IMG/VR virus record: IMGVR_UViG_3300013004_000031
Coordinates: 62,001-121,814 of that record
Length of the DNA: 59,814 bases
Origin: an uncultured virus (IMG/VR IMGVR_UViG_3300013004_000031)
Lineage: Duplodnaviria > Heunggongvirae > Uroviricota > Caudoviricetes
Reading direction: 5' to 3' (one strand)
The notes beneath the pieces were generated by a model that worked only from the letters and a program-made list of their open reading frames with translations, was not told where the DNA came from and did not search any database. The number at the start of each line of letters is the position of its first letter. The first letter of the stretch is position 1. The position numbers and the translations under genes are program-made. Shown here piece by piece: positions 29,753-37,400 of this stretch.

Positions 29753-31276
29753 TTAATTCAATGAATGAAAATATGTAACCCATTCATTGAATTGGTTCCC
29801 CTTCAAAATACCGGAAGCAATTGTTTTCATTTCCTCTTCATTCGGTTCCCTACCAGCATTCAATTCTTCTAGAACATATTCTTGCAAGGCTGCTGTGATA
29901 TCCTTGAATTTGGATTTATCCTTGACAAGAATTGGAAACCATTGCATTAATTTATCACCACTGAAATATTGTTTCAGAAGTTTTCTGGTGTCATCTTCCG
30001 ATCCTCCAATGTTGGAAACCTTCTCTTCCGCCCTTTTGATCTTCTCCCAAAATTCCTGTTTATTGAAAAGACCAGAACCACGGGATGCTTCATCACAGTA
30101 ACCAACTGCTTTGATGGTTTCCCATGATGGATTCTGAATCAGCTTGGTGAGAGTCTTGATATTCAATTTATCTAAATTGTGAACAAGCATATGTTTATCA
30201 ACTGCTGCCAATATGTTCTTTTTATCTTGGGGGGATAATTCCGCAAAACGCAATCTTTTGAAAATTTCCTCAACAATGGGAACTCCCGCCGATTCGTGTC
30301 CATGATAATTACTGAAACCATTATCTTTCTTTCCTCTGGTAGTGGCTTTCCCGAAGTCATGGAAGAGAACTGCCAGATTGATCACAGGGTCTTTGTATGG
30401 TGATGCCTTTAGACATTCATAGATGTGTCCCAGAACTTGGGAATCCCCTTCGGGGTGGTGTTGTGGGTCGTGATCATATCCTTCCATCGTGGTAAATTCG
30501 GGAAGGATATCATGGAGGATTTTGGTGTCCTGTAATTTCTTTAGGAAATTCGCAAGCGTTTGTCCCGTTTTGGCGGATTTGAAAAATTCCTTGGAAATGC
30601 TTTCTTGGGAAATTGCCTTGGGGTCTTGGAGGAGATGCTTCAATTCAATTGCGGCAGCTTTGGTATTATCCTCAATTTCAAAATCCATCTTGGCGGCAAA
30701 ACGAAAGACACGGAGGATTCTCGTAGCGTCTTCCAGAAATCTTTGTTTTGCGTCTCCCACGGCACGGACGATCTTGTTCTTCAAATCTTCCAGACCACCT
30801 TGGTAATCCACGATCTTACCCTCTTCATCCAACCCGAAAGAATTGATTGTTAAATCTCGCCGCTCCGTATCCTTTTCAAATGAATCTGTTTCTGTTGATA
30901 TGTTGGATTGTCTTCCAATATCGCCGGAGTCGGTTCTGAATTTTGCCAGATCATAAACATAACCTTTCCAGAGAATGGCATACACGGGTTGGGAATCGTT
31001 CTTGGAAATATTTCTCAATTCAAAATGTTTTTCCAATTCTTCCACGGGAATATTGGTAGCCAAATCCACATCATCAATTGCGTTACCCATGAGTAGATCA
31101 CGGGGAACTCCCCCAACGATATAGATTTCTCCTTGTAATTTTGCCTTGATATTCTTCATCAAATCCAAAGCAACTTGGAGTTCTTCCGATTCTTTGACAG
31201 CGGTATTCCACTTCTCATCAAAATCCTCCACGTATTCACGCATGAGTCGGTGATATAATTTATGAAATCTTTCCAT
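29753..31276 (-). CDS. cca: tRNA nucleotidyltransferase (CCA-adding enzyme) with HD domain
   Basis: VGGVPRD, DVDLAT, RRDLTIN, EDATRILR, HHPEG, LFHDFGK. Confidence 0.9.
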   Translation of the reverse strand: MERFHKLYHRLMREYVEDFDEKWNTAVKESEELQVALDLMKNIKAKLQGEIYIVGGVPRDLLMGNAIDDVDLATNIPVEELEKHFELRNISKNDSQPVYAILWKGYVYDLAKFRTDSGDIGRQSNISTETDSFEKDTERRDLTINSFGLDEEGKIVDYQGGLEDLKNKIVRAVGDAKQRFLEDATRILRVFRFAAKMDFEIEDNTKAAAIELKHLLQDPKAISQESISKEFFKSAKTGQTLANFLKKLQDTKILHDILPEFTTMEGYDHDPQHHPEGDSQVLGHIYECLKASPYKDPVINLAVLFHDFGKATTRGKKDNGFSNYHGHESAGVPIVEEIFKRLRFAELSPQDKKNILAAVDKHMLVHNLDKLNIKTLTKLIQNPSWETIKAVGYCDEASRGSGLFNKQEFWEKIKRAEEKVSNIGGSEDDTRKLLKQYFSGDKLMQWFPILVKDKSKFKDITAALQEYVLEELNAGREPNEEEMKTIASGILKGNQFNEWVTYFHSLN

Positions 31277-31280
31277 ATTT

Positions 31281-33305
31281 TTATAGATATTTATAATAGA
31301 GTTTATACAATTGTGGATAATTGTATTTTTTGGATAAATCTTCAAATTCTTCAGGGTTGGTTGCTACGGTTTTCAACATGTGTAAGGCATACAATCTAAA
31401 AGCATTTATAATGTGGGGATACATATCATCAACAAATTGAACGAATTGATAATTTTTATTATCCATTTTGGGAAAGAGCATTTTGAGATTTGTGAATTCC
31501 AAATCCCCATAATTGAAATGTGTATTACCCGACAACATATAATCAACCCCATCCAGAGGATTGGAATACGACTCGAAAAATTTGTCAAATTGTAACTGCG
31601 CCGGATCATTATCCAACTTCGGTTTGAAATTTTCCATAGCCAGTTTTGTTATGATGTTTTCCAACACTCCTTTTGATTGACCATGTTTACTATCCATAAC
31701 ACCCTGAAGAGCATGGCGGAAATCCTCAAGAATAATAAGTCTGCTTGGAAATCTTACAGTAAAGGATTTCCTGACATCGTTGCCTGAAATTGTCAGGGTG
31801 TCGAACGGTTCTTCTTCCATTTCAATATAATCTTCAATCATGGAGAAATTGCTATCTCCGCTTGCAGCGGTTTTTATAAACCCACCATCAATAAGCACTG
31901 TATAAAGCTCATCCTCATCATCCAACATATCCTCAATCTTATCGTCAAAATTCTTCATATAGTGACAATATGTATCAAATTTATCGGAATCATTATGATA
32001 TTCCTCTTCTGAAAAGTGGATTTCCAAGCTGGTGTTGGTTAGGATCATTCGATATATGTTGATGTCGGTAGCGTCATATATGTATTGGAACAATTGGGAA
32101 TACTCATAATCATCATCATATTTCCCATCCCTAGCTTTACTCACATCATAATCTTCAGCTTCCAACTCGACATCATCCGGTAAATTGAACTTGGTTAAAT
32201 CGATGGTTGATGTTCCGCTTGCTTGGAAATATACTTCTTCATCGTCCATCAAGTAATAATCAACACTACTATATGTCAACCTGCCGTTATATTCCTCTTT
32301 TATTTCTTCCAGTTCATCTTCCAGACCCAATTGGGAATGTCTGCTTTCCCCCCTTTCATCATCCCGATCATGGTTTATTCGTTTGAAATCGGATGAGTCT
32401 TGGGTGGATTCCTCATCCGTGAAATAATTGGCAACCAGATCAAGGATTTCATCATCATAATAAGTTCCCCCCTTTTTCGTATAGGAATTACCACGGAAAT
32501 CTTCGGGAGTGGTTGTTTGTTTATTTTTCAGATAATTTACCAAGGATTTGTAGAAATTGGGGATTGCGGTATCTCCATATATCTTGGTATCGGGAATGGC
32601 AATCTCATCTCCGTAATCATCCACCAATCGACGAACACGCAAACGGGACATGGGGCGCAATCCATATGCACCGGATATGCCCCTGTCGGAATCAACGAAT
32701 ATTTCCCTCTTCTGAAAGTCCTCTTCCGTAAGCTCATTGAAATCCTCTTCTCGCACCACATAAGCCACAGCACCTCCTGAAATGGCTTCTTGGATGGCAC
32801 ACTGGAAATATCCCCCACCTTGGGAATGACAGGATGATATGTTGCGGTGATCGGACATGCGAACCACATCAATGGGAGCGCGGGAAAGGATGACTATGAA
32901 TTCCGGTTTCTCAAACGCGGATTCCAGATTGTCCTTATACATTGCAAACCAATCCAGATATTTTTTCTTTTTATTCTCCGATACTTTCAGGGCAGCAATG
33001 GCTTTACCAATGTTGATTTTCTGTTCCTTGTGTTCCCCCTGCCCATATTTTGGATCAAGCTTTATTTTTCTGATGACTTCCCCTTTTTTCAAATCCACCT
33101 TGTCAAAATGCTGAATTCTTTTCAGGTCATCCATGATACTCTGAGCCGTGATGTCCGTCCCGATTGGAAATGCCACACGCATTTTGTCTCCAAAAATATG
33201 ATCAAAAGGTAAGACATCCGAATGTTGGTTGAGATAATCCACGACCTTTTGGTTCATCTCTGTGATGAGGACGGATTCGTAGAGTTCTTGGAGTTGGAAA
33301 ATCAT
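31281..33305 (-). CDS. Large acidic hypothetical late protein
   Basis: About 674 aa; TAAATA-N5-ATG at 33305. Confidence 0.8.
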   Translation of the reverse strand: MIFQLQELYESVLITEMNQKVVDYLNQHSDVLPFDHIFGDKMRVAFPIGTDITAQSIMDDLKRIQHFDKVDLKKGEVIRKIKLDPKYGQGEHKEQKINIGKAIAALKVSENKKKKYLDWFAMYKDNLESAFEKPEFIVILSRAPIDVVRMSDHRNISSCHSQGGGYFQCAIQEAISGGAVAYVVREEDFNELTEEDFQKREIFVDSDRGISGAYGLRPMSRLRVRRLVDDYGDEIAIPDTKIYGDTAIPNFYKSLVNYLKNKQTTTPEDFRGNSYTKKGGTYYDDEILDLVANYFTDEESTQDSSDFKRINHDRDDERGESRHSQLGLEDELEEIKEEYNGRLTYSSVDYYLMDDEEVYFQASGTSTIDLTKFNLPDDVELEAEDYDVSKARDGKYDDDYEYSQLFQYIYDATDINIYRMILTNTSLEIHFSEEEYHNDSDKFDTYCHYMKNFDDKIEDMLDDEDELYTVLIDGGFIKTAASGDSNFSMIEDYIEMEEEPFDTLTISGNDVRKSFTVRFPSRLIILEDFRHALQGVMDSKHGQSKGVLENIITKLAMENFKPKLDNDPAQLQFDKFFESYSNPLDGVDYMLSGNTHFNYGDLEFTNLKMLFPKMDNKNYQFVQFVDDMYPHIINAFRLYALHMLKTVATNPEEFEDLSKKYNYPQLYKLYYKYL

Positions 33306-33333
33306 GTTATTATTTAAGGGATAATGTGGAAAA

Positions 33334-33414
33334 TGGTAGATGCTGAGGGAATCGAACCCAATCTCTGAGAGGATCAAAACCTCTAGTGCTAAAAAACCGT
33401 TACACTACGCATCA
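33334..33414 (-). tRNA. tRNA-Gln(UUG), atypical
   Basis: AGAGG-TT TTG AT-CCTCT anticodon arm, GTTCGA, CCA end; imperfect acceptor and T stems. Confidence 0.75.
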
Positions 33415-33424
33415 ATTATAAAAA

Positions 33425-33522
33425 TGGTCTAGGTGACAGGATTCGAACCTGCGAGAGACAGACACTTACTGCCCCCAAGTAGTTCCAAGCTACCCCGATT
33501 ACCAAGCTATCGCAACACCTAG
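33425..33522 (-). tRNA. tRNA-Pro(UGG) with long variable arm
   Basis: CTAGGTG/CACCTAG-A-CCA; GGTAG-CT TGG AA-CTACT; 98 nt. Confidence 0.8.
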
Positions 33523-33525
33523 ATA

Positions 33526-33612
33526 TGGTGTGTCACATAGGATTCGAACCTACTCAGCCCAAAGGCAAATGATTTACAGTCATTCTCAACTCTCCAACTT
33601 TGACGGTGACAC
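33526..33612 (-). tRNA. tRNA-Tyr(GUA)
   Basis: GTGTCAC/GTGACAC-A-CCA; AATGA-CT GTA AA-TCATT. Confidence 0.9.
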
Positions 33613-33625
33613 ATATTAAAAAAAG

Positions 33626-33698
33626 AGCCGTAGGAGGAATTCGAATCCCCGACCACCGAATTACAAATTCGACGCTCTACCAACTGAGCTACTACGGC
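33626..33698 (-). tRNA. tRNA-Thr(UGU)
   Basis: GCCGTAG/CTACGGC; TCGAA-TT TGT AA-TTCGG; CCA not encoded. Confidence 0.9.
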
Positions 33699-33703
33699 AT
33701 TGA

Positions 33704-33775
33704 CACTTCTGAGGGGAATCGAACCCCTATTTGGTGGATGAAAACCACCCGTCCTAACCATTAGACGACAGAAGC
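33704..33775 (-). tRNA. tRNA-Glu(UUC)
   Basis: GGTGG-TT TTC AT-CCACC; GTTCGA; CCA not encoded. Confidence 0.9.
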
Positions 33776-33780
33776 AAAAT

Positions 33781-33890
33781 TGGCTCGCTTATTTGTTGAC
33801 GGAGGCATTAGTCTTTCGACAGCGAACGATGATCACTATTACGATCCTCTCCGAAGCAGTTTTTTGATTTGGGGACATACTCAGCCCAAG
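33781..33890 (-). ncRNA. Candidate structured small RNA ending in CCA inside the tRNA operon
   Basis: About 110-nt non-cloverleaf insert with GTC-GAAA-GAC and GATCG..TGATC hairpins and a 3' GCCA; 5' end uncertain. Confidence 0.4.
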
Positions 33891-33901
33891 ATTTTATAAA
33901 A

Positions 33902-33976
33902 TGGCTCTCAGGGTAGGATTCGAACCTACAACCTAGAAATTAACAGTTTCCCGCTCTACCATTGAGCTACCTGAGA
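33902..33976 (-). tRNA. tRNA-Asn(GUU)
   Basis: TCTCAGG/CCTGAGA-G-CCA; CT GTT AA loop. Confidence 0.95.
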
Positions 33977-33978
33977 TT

Positions 33979-34055
33979 TGGTGAGAGTCGCGGGATTTGA
34001 ACCCACAAGACCACGGATTAAAAGTCCGTTGCTTTACCAAATAAGCTTCACTCTC
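33979..34055 (-). tRNA. tRNA-Lys(UUU)
   Basis: ACGGA-CT TTT AA-TCCGT; GTTCAA; CCA end. Confidence 0.9.
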
Positions 34056-34141
34056 ATAATATTAAAAACATTCAGTGTGCTTGTTTCATCACAATCTCCC
34101 TTTCGGACTTTAATGTGTTCGGCCACATAACCCCTAGATAA

Positions 34142-34172
34142 CAAAAAACCCCATCTTGTTAAGGATGGGGTG
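34142..34172 (-). terminator. Attenuator terminator upstream of the tRNA operon
   Basis: ACCCCATC-loop-GATGGGGT followed by TTTTTG. Confidence 0.85.
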
Positions 34173-34199
34173 AAAACGAAACAGGATATTACCATATAA

Positions 34200-34262
34200 T
34201 CATTTGCACCGCCACCCAGATGGTGTCGGTTTCTCCTGATTATAATTTTGGTTGTTGCTCAT
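34200..34262 (-). CDS. Leader peptide MSNNQNYNQEKPTPSGWRCK of a putative tRNA-operon attenuator
   Basis: 21-codon ORF ending about 28 nt before a terminator; its 3' end is complementary to the terminator 5' arm. Confidence 0.75.
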   Translation of the reverse strand: MSNNQNYNQEKPTPSGWRCK

Positions 34263-34307
34263 GTCGTTATTCTTATTTAGCAGATGCGTTTAGATTTTCA
34301 AGTTCTT

Positions 34308-34505
34308 TTATAATAAAATTTCATTCATTTGATCAATTATCTCATTAATATTGATTGGAGATGCGTTTGTTTTATAGAATTGTGCTGCTGGTGAATACCA
34401 ATTAACCCAATGGGTAATATTCTCAATAGATACACCATTCAAATATTTGGAGTAAATGAGTAAATCAATATCAGCAAAATCCATCTCTTTTAATTCTTTG
34501 TCCAT
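34308..34505 (-). CDS. Hypothetical protein
   Basis: ATG immediately after the upstream stop. Confidence 0.6.
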   Translation of the reverse strand: MDKELKEMDFADIDLLIYSKYLNGVSIENITHWVNWYSPAAQFYKTNASPININEIIDQMNEILL

Positions 34506-34506
34506 A

Positions 34507-34926
34507 TTATTCCCCAAGTTCTTTCTTCAATTGTTCCAGAAGCAGAATTTTCTGTTCCTTGGTCTTTGCCAATTTGTTCATTTCCTTCTCCTTTTTCTTA
34601 CGTTCGTATTCTTCCTTGCGCTTACGTTCCGCTTCCAGACATTTGATACGTTCATCCTGTCTCTTTTTCACAATAAAATCAATTGCTGATTGGGCGGTGA
34701 TCTGTTCTTGTTTCACCACAAGGAACGCAAAAGATTTATTTTTATTTTTTGGCAAGTTGAAATTGCTCACAAATTCTTCCAATTCATATAAATCATCATC
34801 CTCCACCTCTTCCCATGGGGAATGATCTTCCACTAAAACCCTTGTGATGTCGGAGTAATCGTCCCCATAATTGAAATAAACCGTGTTGGTTTCCGTATTT
34901 GCGATAATCAATTTTACTTGTTTCAT
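34507..34926 (-). CDS. Hypothetical coiled-coil protein
   Basis: Preceded by TAAAAACTAGAA-TACAAT-N6-ATG. Confidence 0.75.
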   Translation of the reverse strand: MKQVKLIIANTETNTVYFNYGDDYSDITRVLVEDHSPWEEVEDDDLYELEEFVSNFNLPKNKNKSFAFLVVKQEQITAQSAIDFIVKKRQDERIKCLEAERKRKEEYERKKKEKEMNKLAKTKEQKILLLEQLKKELGE

Positions 34927-34947
34927 GTCTTTATTGTATTCTAGTTT

Positions 34948-35172
34948 TTAAGGCACTCCAGCCCGTAATCGTTTTGATCTTCCGTTGTGATAGGAATTAC
35001 TGGCGGCAAACAACGTTCCTTTATCATTATAGATGGGAACCTTACCAAAGCTGATCATATACCAGAGAAAGTGGATGTCAATCCTCCTGTCCATGCAGAT
35101 GTGAATACCAAAGGAAATATCGGGATATCCGAAATCGGTGATCCAGAATTTTTTAATCTTGTGGAATTTCAT
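34948..35172 (-). CDS. Hypothetical protein
   Basis: TAA stop is the start of a TAAAAACTA motif. Confidence 0.6.
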   Translation of the reverse strand: MKFHKIKKFWITDFGYPDISFGIHICMDRRIDIHFLWYMISFGKVPIYNDKGTLFAASNSYHNGRSKRLRAGVP

Positions 35173-35265
35173 TCTTATCCTTACAAGTTCTTTTCCACTT
35201 AAACCATTTCAACCATTTGCAGGTTGAGGTTTCGTTTTTGATTTTCTTTCGTAGCTTTTTATATT

Positions 35266-35547
35266 TCATATCATGCGGGATGCTTCCCAATCCGCCAAAG
35301 GACGGGCATTGTAATTACAATCAATATTGTGAACCTCTCGCCAATTTGCCAGACAGGATAGCTCATTAGCGAGATCATCAGCCAATTTCCTTTCGGCATT
35401 GAGATCATCGAGACGATCATTCAACTGATCGATGATAGATTGTAGGGCATCACGGGAACCGATGAACAGTTCATCACATTCCGCGATTTCCAGCTTGCCG
35501 TTTTTCCTTCGATGTAGGACTACTTGACTTGGTTCTTCTTTGTTCAT
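35266..35547 (-). CDS. Hypothetical protein
   Basis: 93-aa ORF, coupled to neighbour. Confidence 0.6.
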   Translation of the reverse strand: MNKEEPSQVVLHRRKNGKLEIAECDELFIGSRDALQSIIDQLNDRLDDLNAERKLADDLANELSCLANWREVHNIDCNYNARPLADWEASRMI

Positions 35548-35792
35548 ATTTTTACAAATGTCCCATCTTCAACCGCTTTACGAATATATCTCATAAAGTA
35601 TATTGCCTTGTCATGATTTTGGAAGGTTGCATCTCCACAATCCTCAATAGGAACAGGGAATCTATAAAGACCGCATTCATCTTCTGGTAATCCATTACCA
35701 ATAACAACTACGTTATAATATAGAATACCTTTACGATACTCTACAAATCTCACATAATTTTTATCTACAATTTGTTTTATTGTTAATTTCAT
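35544..35792 (-). CDS. Hypothetical protein
   Basis: 82-aa ORF with ATGA overlaps. Confidence 0.7.
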   Translation of the reverse strand: MKLTIKQIVDKNYVRFVEYRKGILYYNVVVIGNGLPEDECGLYRFPVPIEDCGDATFQNHDKAIYFMRYIRKAVEDGTFVKI

Positions 35793-36019
35793 TTTATACT
35801 TGATCCGAATTTTTTATCAATCTTTGCTTTTTCGGTGACATCTTCCACTGATCTTGTGCCTTGACTAACACCAATCACTTCCCATCCATCTTCCCAAGTC
35901 TTATCATCCTTTTTGATTTTGATGAACTTATTCATCACGGCGAATTTTGAAGGAATCCATGCCATATGATGTTGGTTTATTCGCTTGAGTGAACATTGTG
36001 TGTATGTATCTTTTTTCAT
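35789..36019 (-). CDS. Hypothetical protein
   Basis: MKKDTYTQC start 4 nt after the upstream stop. Confidence 0.6.
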   Translation of the reverse strand: MKKDTYTQCSLKRINQHHMAWIPSKFAVMNKFIKIKKDDKTWEDGWEVIGVSQGTRSVEDVTEKAKIDKKFGSSIK

Positions 36020-36023
36020 AATT

Positions 36024-36314
36024 TTAATCAGTAATATAATATAAACCCCATCTTTCACAAACAAAATTGAGACTATCCTTGATAAATTCCCGCATTGTTT
36101 TATCATTGTTTGGTGTAATAACTTCAAACCAAACCCCTCTAAGTTCCGATATGAATGAAAAATCTTTTATAAATTCCTGTTTCAAAGAATCATCGGGAAG
36201 CAGTAACAGCCCCCTTGAGTAATTTTCTATGTTTATTGTGGTATGAAAATCATATTTTCCTTCTTCAAGATCAACAATGGTTGCGTTATTTTTAGTTCTT
36301 ATATAGTGTGTCAT
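36024..36314 (-). CDS. Hypothetical protein
   Basis: MTHYIRTK start just downstream of tRNA-Gly. Confidence 0.6.
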   Translation of the reverse strand: MTHYIRTKNNATIVDLEEGKYDFHTTINIENYSRGLLLLPDDSLKQEFIKDFSFISELRGVWFEVITPNNDKTMREFIKDSLNFVCERWGLYYITD

Positions 36315-36333
36315 ATTTTTATTTTTTTGAAAG

Positions 36334-36410
36334 TGGAGCGACATGAGGGACTTGCACCCCCCAACCTGATGTTTGGAAAACACCCGCTCTACTAATTGAG
36401 CTAATGTCGC
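36334..36410 (-). tRNA. tRNA-Gly(UCC), atypical D/T loops
   Basis: GCGACAT/ATGTCGC-T-CCA; TT TCC AA; T-loop GTGCAAG. Confidence 0.85.
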
Positions 36411-36411
36411 G

Positions 36412-36499
36412 TTGCGGGAGTGGAATTTGAATCCACAACAGGACTTTAACCTTTCTCTTGGTTATGAGCCAAGGATTTTACCAATTAAACTACCCCGCG
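36412..36499 (-). tRNA. tRNA-Met(CAU), initiator-like, long variable arm
   Basis: CGCGGGG acceptor with C1:A72 mismatch; CTTGG-CT CAT AA-CCAAG. Confidence 0.8.
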
Positions 36500-36512
36500 A
36501 TTGAAATTGTAT

Positions 36513-36965
36513 TTAACCATGACAACCGTAATTGTCAATCATCTTCTGTTTGAATTCATCATCAAATCCACTGTAACCAACCAGAACGGGCAATCCCCCA
36601 TTATCCCTGAAGTTACGCATGAGATTGACCAACATTTTCACATACACCCTACATTGGGAACGCTCTTTCCAAACATTCCCAATGAGGGAAGCAAGGGGAT
36701 AATACCAACCCCACCCATTCATGTGCCATTCGGCAATCTCCTCATGGATCATCTTGATTTGTAGATCGTATTGTTGTTTGCCATTGATCATGGGTTCCAC
36801 GATCTTTTTCTCTTCTTCCGTGATACCCTTGTAACCTTGGGATTCAATTCTGGTAAAAATATCGATCTGTTCCCTTGTCGGTTCCGTAAAATCGGGGTAA
36901 TAATTCCTATCCACGAAATGAGCAATCGTCTTGGCGATTTCGTAATGTTTCTTTTTTAATTTCAT
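36513..36965 (-). CDS. Hypothetical protein
   Basis: MKLKKKHY start 2 nt after the upstream stop. Confidence 0.65.
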   Translation of the reverse strand: MKLKKKHYEIAKTIAHFVDRNYYPDFTEPTREQIDIFTRIESQGYKGITEEEKKIVEPMINGKQQYDLQIKMIHEEIAEWHMNGWGWYYPLASLIGNVWKERSQCRVYVKMLVNLMRNFRDNGGLPVLVGYSGFDDEFKQKMIDNYGCHG

Positions 36966-36967
36966 AA

Positions 36968-37336
36968 TTATAGACAATTTGCTGCCATCCTTGCCATGTT
37001 CCATCCTTCCGTTGTCGGCTCAAACCGCGCACACACGATATGACCATCTCCCAGAATGTGGGGATCAAGCTTTCCAAAGTATTTCACATCAATGTGGCAA
37101 CGCAATAATAATAATTTATCTCCCTTGAATGTGGTGCATCCCTCGTAATTCACCAGAAGGATCATTCCCCTTTCCAACTTTTCCTCTTTCAAAATTTTGA
37201 ATTTGAAAGGGTTTGGATTGGGGGCATAAATCTTTTCCTTTGGAATCTTTAGAAAATTATTGATCGTTGAACTCGATGCCGTTTGGGGCATTGAGTTCCT
37301 GTCACTGCTTTTTGATAATCCGATTGCCAATCCCAT
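36968..37336 (-). CDS. Hypothetical protein
   Basis: Preceded by TTGACA + TAAAAACTA + TACAAT promoter. Confidence 0.7.
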   Translation of the reverse strand: MGLAIGLSKSSDRNSMPQTASSSTINNFLKIPKEKIYAPNPNPFKFKILKEEKLERGMILLVNYEGCTTFKGDKLLLLRCHIDVKYFGKLDPHILGDGHIVCARFEPTTEGWNMARMAANCL

Positions 37337-37400
37337 GATGGATTCATTGTAGCTTAGTTTTTAAGAATGTCAAGGGGGGATTATTTAGCTAAATAAGAGT

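Noticed and set aside
33519..33761. ORFs over tRNA clusters (also 45386..45571)
   Set aside because: They overlap clear tRNA genes.
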